Assembly: GCA_021613535.1 (NCBI GenBank)
Contig: CP075497.1
Location: 930,001-994,000 of the forward strand
Direction of reading: 5' to 3'
DNA: 64,000 nucleotides
Source: Adineta vaga
Taxonomy: Eukaryota > Animalia > Rotifera
Shown here: positions 61,774 through 64,000 of the stretch, in pieces
Layout: each line of letters opens with the position of its first letter
Numbering within the stretch: the stretch's first letter is position 1
Made by a program: the position numbers and the translations under genes
The notes under the pieces: generated by a model
Told to the model about the DNA's origin: nothing
Seen by the model: the letters and a program-made list of their open reading frames with translations, nothing else
Database searches by the model: none

Positions 61774-62157
61774 ATAGTCTTCATTTCATTACAATAAATA
61801 CTATAATAAATAAAATAAAATGTTTGAATATTATTATGTGTGATGTGTTTATCTATTCATGGTCAACTTTGAGTATTAGGTTTGATGAATAATAATATAA
61901 TTCTAATGAATAAAAATGAATCAATTGGAGTGTTCTTGCACCAGAGCATGTCATGTTGTGTAGAAAAGAAAGAACGAAAAAAAACTTATATATATATTGT
62001 GGCGTTCGATCGAACTACGATGCTAATCAACAAGAAGAAAACCAACACTCGCAATCCACGAGGTACATTTCGTTTTTATTTTACATTAATAGTAAAGGTT
62101 TGTTTTTGTCAACGAAGAACATTTATTTTCTTTTCGTGTATTAAATACGATATAGAA

Positions 62158-64000
62158 ATGGATCAATATTTCACAGAACTAATTTCGTTCATCAAACCAA
62201 ATGAAACAATACCTAATATTGATACAATTCTTTCCTTCGACGATCAAGAAGATATGAATTATTTCCTCTCACGAGAAAGAAATTTCGATTCAAGTTTTCC
62301 TTCTGAACCACAATTAATTACTCGAATTCATCATTATCTATCGATTTTAACTAACGCGAACGAATTTCGTACATGGAATACTGAAATTGACAACATCTTG
62401 AAAGATCCAATTCTAAAGGAGATATTGAATGATTTTACTGAAGTTCGACGAGATATTCAAGATGCTTTTGATAAACCTCAACAGTGGAAAGTTTCTCTTC
62501 GACGAAAAATCACCAAAGATGATCGATACAGTCGATTAACAGTATTGCCAAGATTTCGATCGGCTGAACGGCAAGTTTCACCATCACATCTTCGTTTATC
62601 ACCCGAACCAAATCGTGCAATTAGTGCTTCTCGCGATCAAAACAAATCGACTATTTCAAAACAAGATATTCACAATAGTTTATCAAGATGTTCCAAGAGT
62701 TTCGGAACATTGAAAGATATTTTACCTATTCTCGATCAATTGATTTTTGATACCAAATTTCATTATGATATGCAAAGTATCATCAAACAATTCAATACTA
62801 ATTTCGAAAAGAATCTTATAGAATGGAAAAATCGAATTCTACCACAATGGATTGTCGCAAGCAATAATACATCAAATGTGTCTTCAGGTTAAATAACATT
62901 TTCTTTTTATATACATTAAACAATCGTTATTCATTTAGAGAAAATACTTGCAAATCCAATAAGTTATTTGAAATCGATTGATGCATATCCTACTTCAGCG
63001 ATGATGAAACAAGATAAGAAAATATTAACTGGTCAATGGATAACTAGTGTAATCTTGGCTCATATCGATATTCATCACATTATTCATGCACATAATCAAT
63101 TTCAATCTGGCAAAATAAATAGTTCTCTTTCATTTGATTTTCATCTCGAAACATTTCATCAATTATTTCATTTCATTGAACAATTATTACAGAAGATTGA
63201 AATAGACAATAATACAAATTTTAATTTTCTATTAAACATGTGTTTACGCTTATTTACTACTCATTTAAAATATCTATCTATATTAAGCATTGATCATCAT
63301 CGAAAAACAACAACAAATCATACATCAAGTGAAGAAGATATCGAATGGAATGACTATCCAACGGATGAACAATGGCAAACTTGGTTTGATACATTACTTG
63401 CATTAGTAACAAAAGAATCGGAATATACTATTTGTAGTCGACAAGCTGCAAAAGCGATCATTATTATTCTTGAAAAACAAATTGTATTATTTTCCGACAG
63501 ATTATTCTATATGCTTCAACATATCCTAGAAAATAGACATCCGATTTTAACTGAAGAATTCTCAATTGCATTAACACAGAATACAACTATAATGGCATGG
63601 ATTGATCTTTTATGTAATGAACACAAAGGAAAGAACCAAACTTGGTCGACTGTAAATTCATTGATCGATCTTTATCCTCGTACATCAAAATCATTACAAC
63701 GAATTCTAGAACGATTTCAACAATTACTCTTTGCTCGACTGATTACAGGTGATCAATCTGTAACTTCAGTGTTTATTCAATATCTTTTAACATTATTCAA
63801 TCAATGTACGATTGATAGTAAGTTATTCTCATCCTTTCTTGTTAATCTCAGTGTTCTAACCATCATCGAAGATCGAATGCGTTTAACTACAATATTTATG
63901 AATATATTACCAATATTATCTGACTTCATTATAAAACATATGACTCAAATAGAAATCGCTGATAGTTCTCAATTTCGATATATCAATTGGTTATTTGGAA
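62158..64000 (+). CDS. 5' part of a large alpha-helical protein (possibly a giant E3 ligase), runs off the window
   Basis: MDQYFTELISF..., intron at ~62889-62938, then open reading to the window end. Leu-rich helical composition; family not securely recognised. Confidence 0.65.

Noticed and set aside
61882-62157. N-terminal extension of the 336-aa ORF
   Set aside because: Low-complexity AT-rich sequence; the Met at 62158 is a more plausible start.

Overview
AT-rich eukaryotic DNA with ~50-70 nt GT-AG introns, almost certainly from a bdelloid rotifer. This rests on the gene families present (F-box/LRR, NLRC3-like LRR exons, NHL, FG-GAP, divergent 7TM receptors) and on TGTGGG/TGAGGG telomere-type hexamers. 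The window is a patchwork of about 20 mostly intact genes, more than 10 gene relics, 4 tRNA loci and MITE remnants. The main unexplained structure is a dispersed family of about 21 short (50-95 bp) inverted-repeat elements, about 15 of them clear. Their consensus is (ATC)TTGAGGG(TGTGGG)1-3 - variable ~10-25 nt spacer - (CCCACA)1-3CCCTCAA(GAT). The repeats are always in head-to-head telomere-fusion orientation, never fall inside intact genes, and cut the DNA into gene-sized segments. Several sit exactly where unrelated gene or transposon fragments are truncated. Other notable items: a putative Rel-homology-like/F-box/LRR fusion gene; two genes each made of exactly three tandem 2-TM Cys-rich modules (possible single-chain trimeric channels, one fused to an FG-GAP propeller); a stand-alone RNase III domain ending in a CaaX box; a Ubl fusion; and HGT candidates. 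All protein-family calls come from motif recognition by eye, with no searches run. Coordinates of relics and degenerate repeats are approximate.
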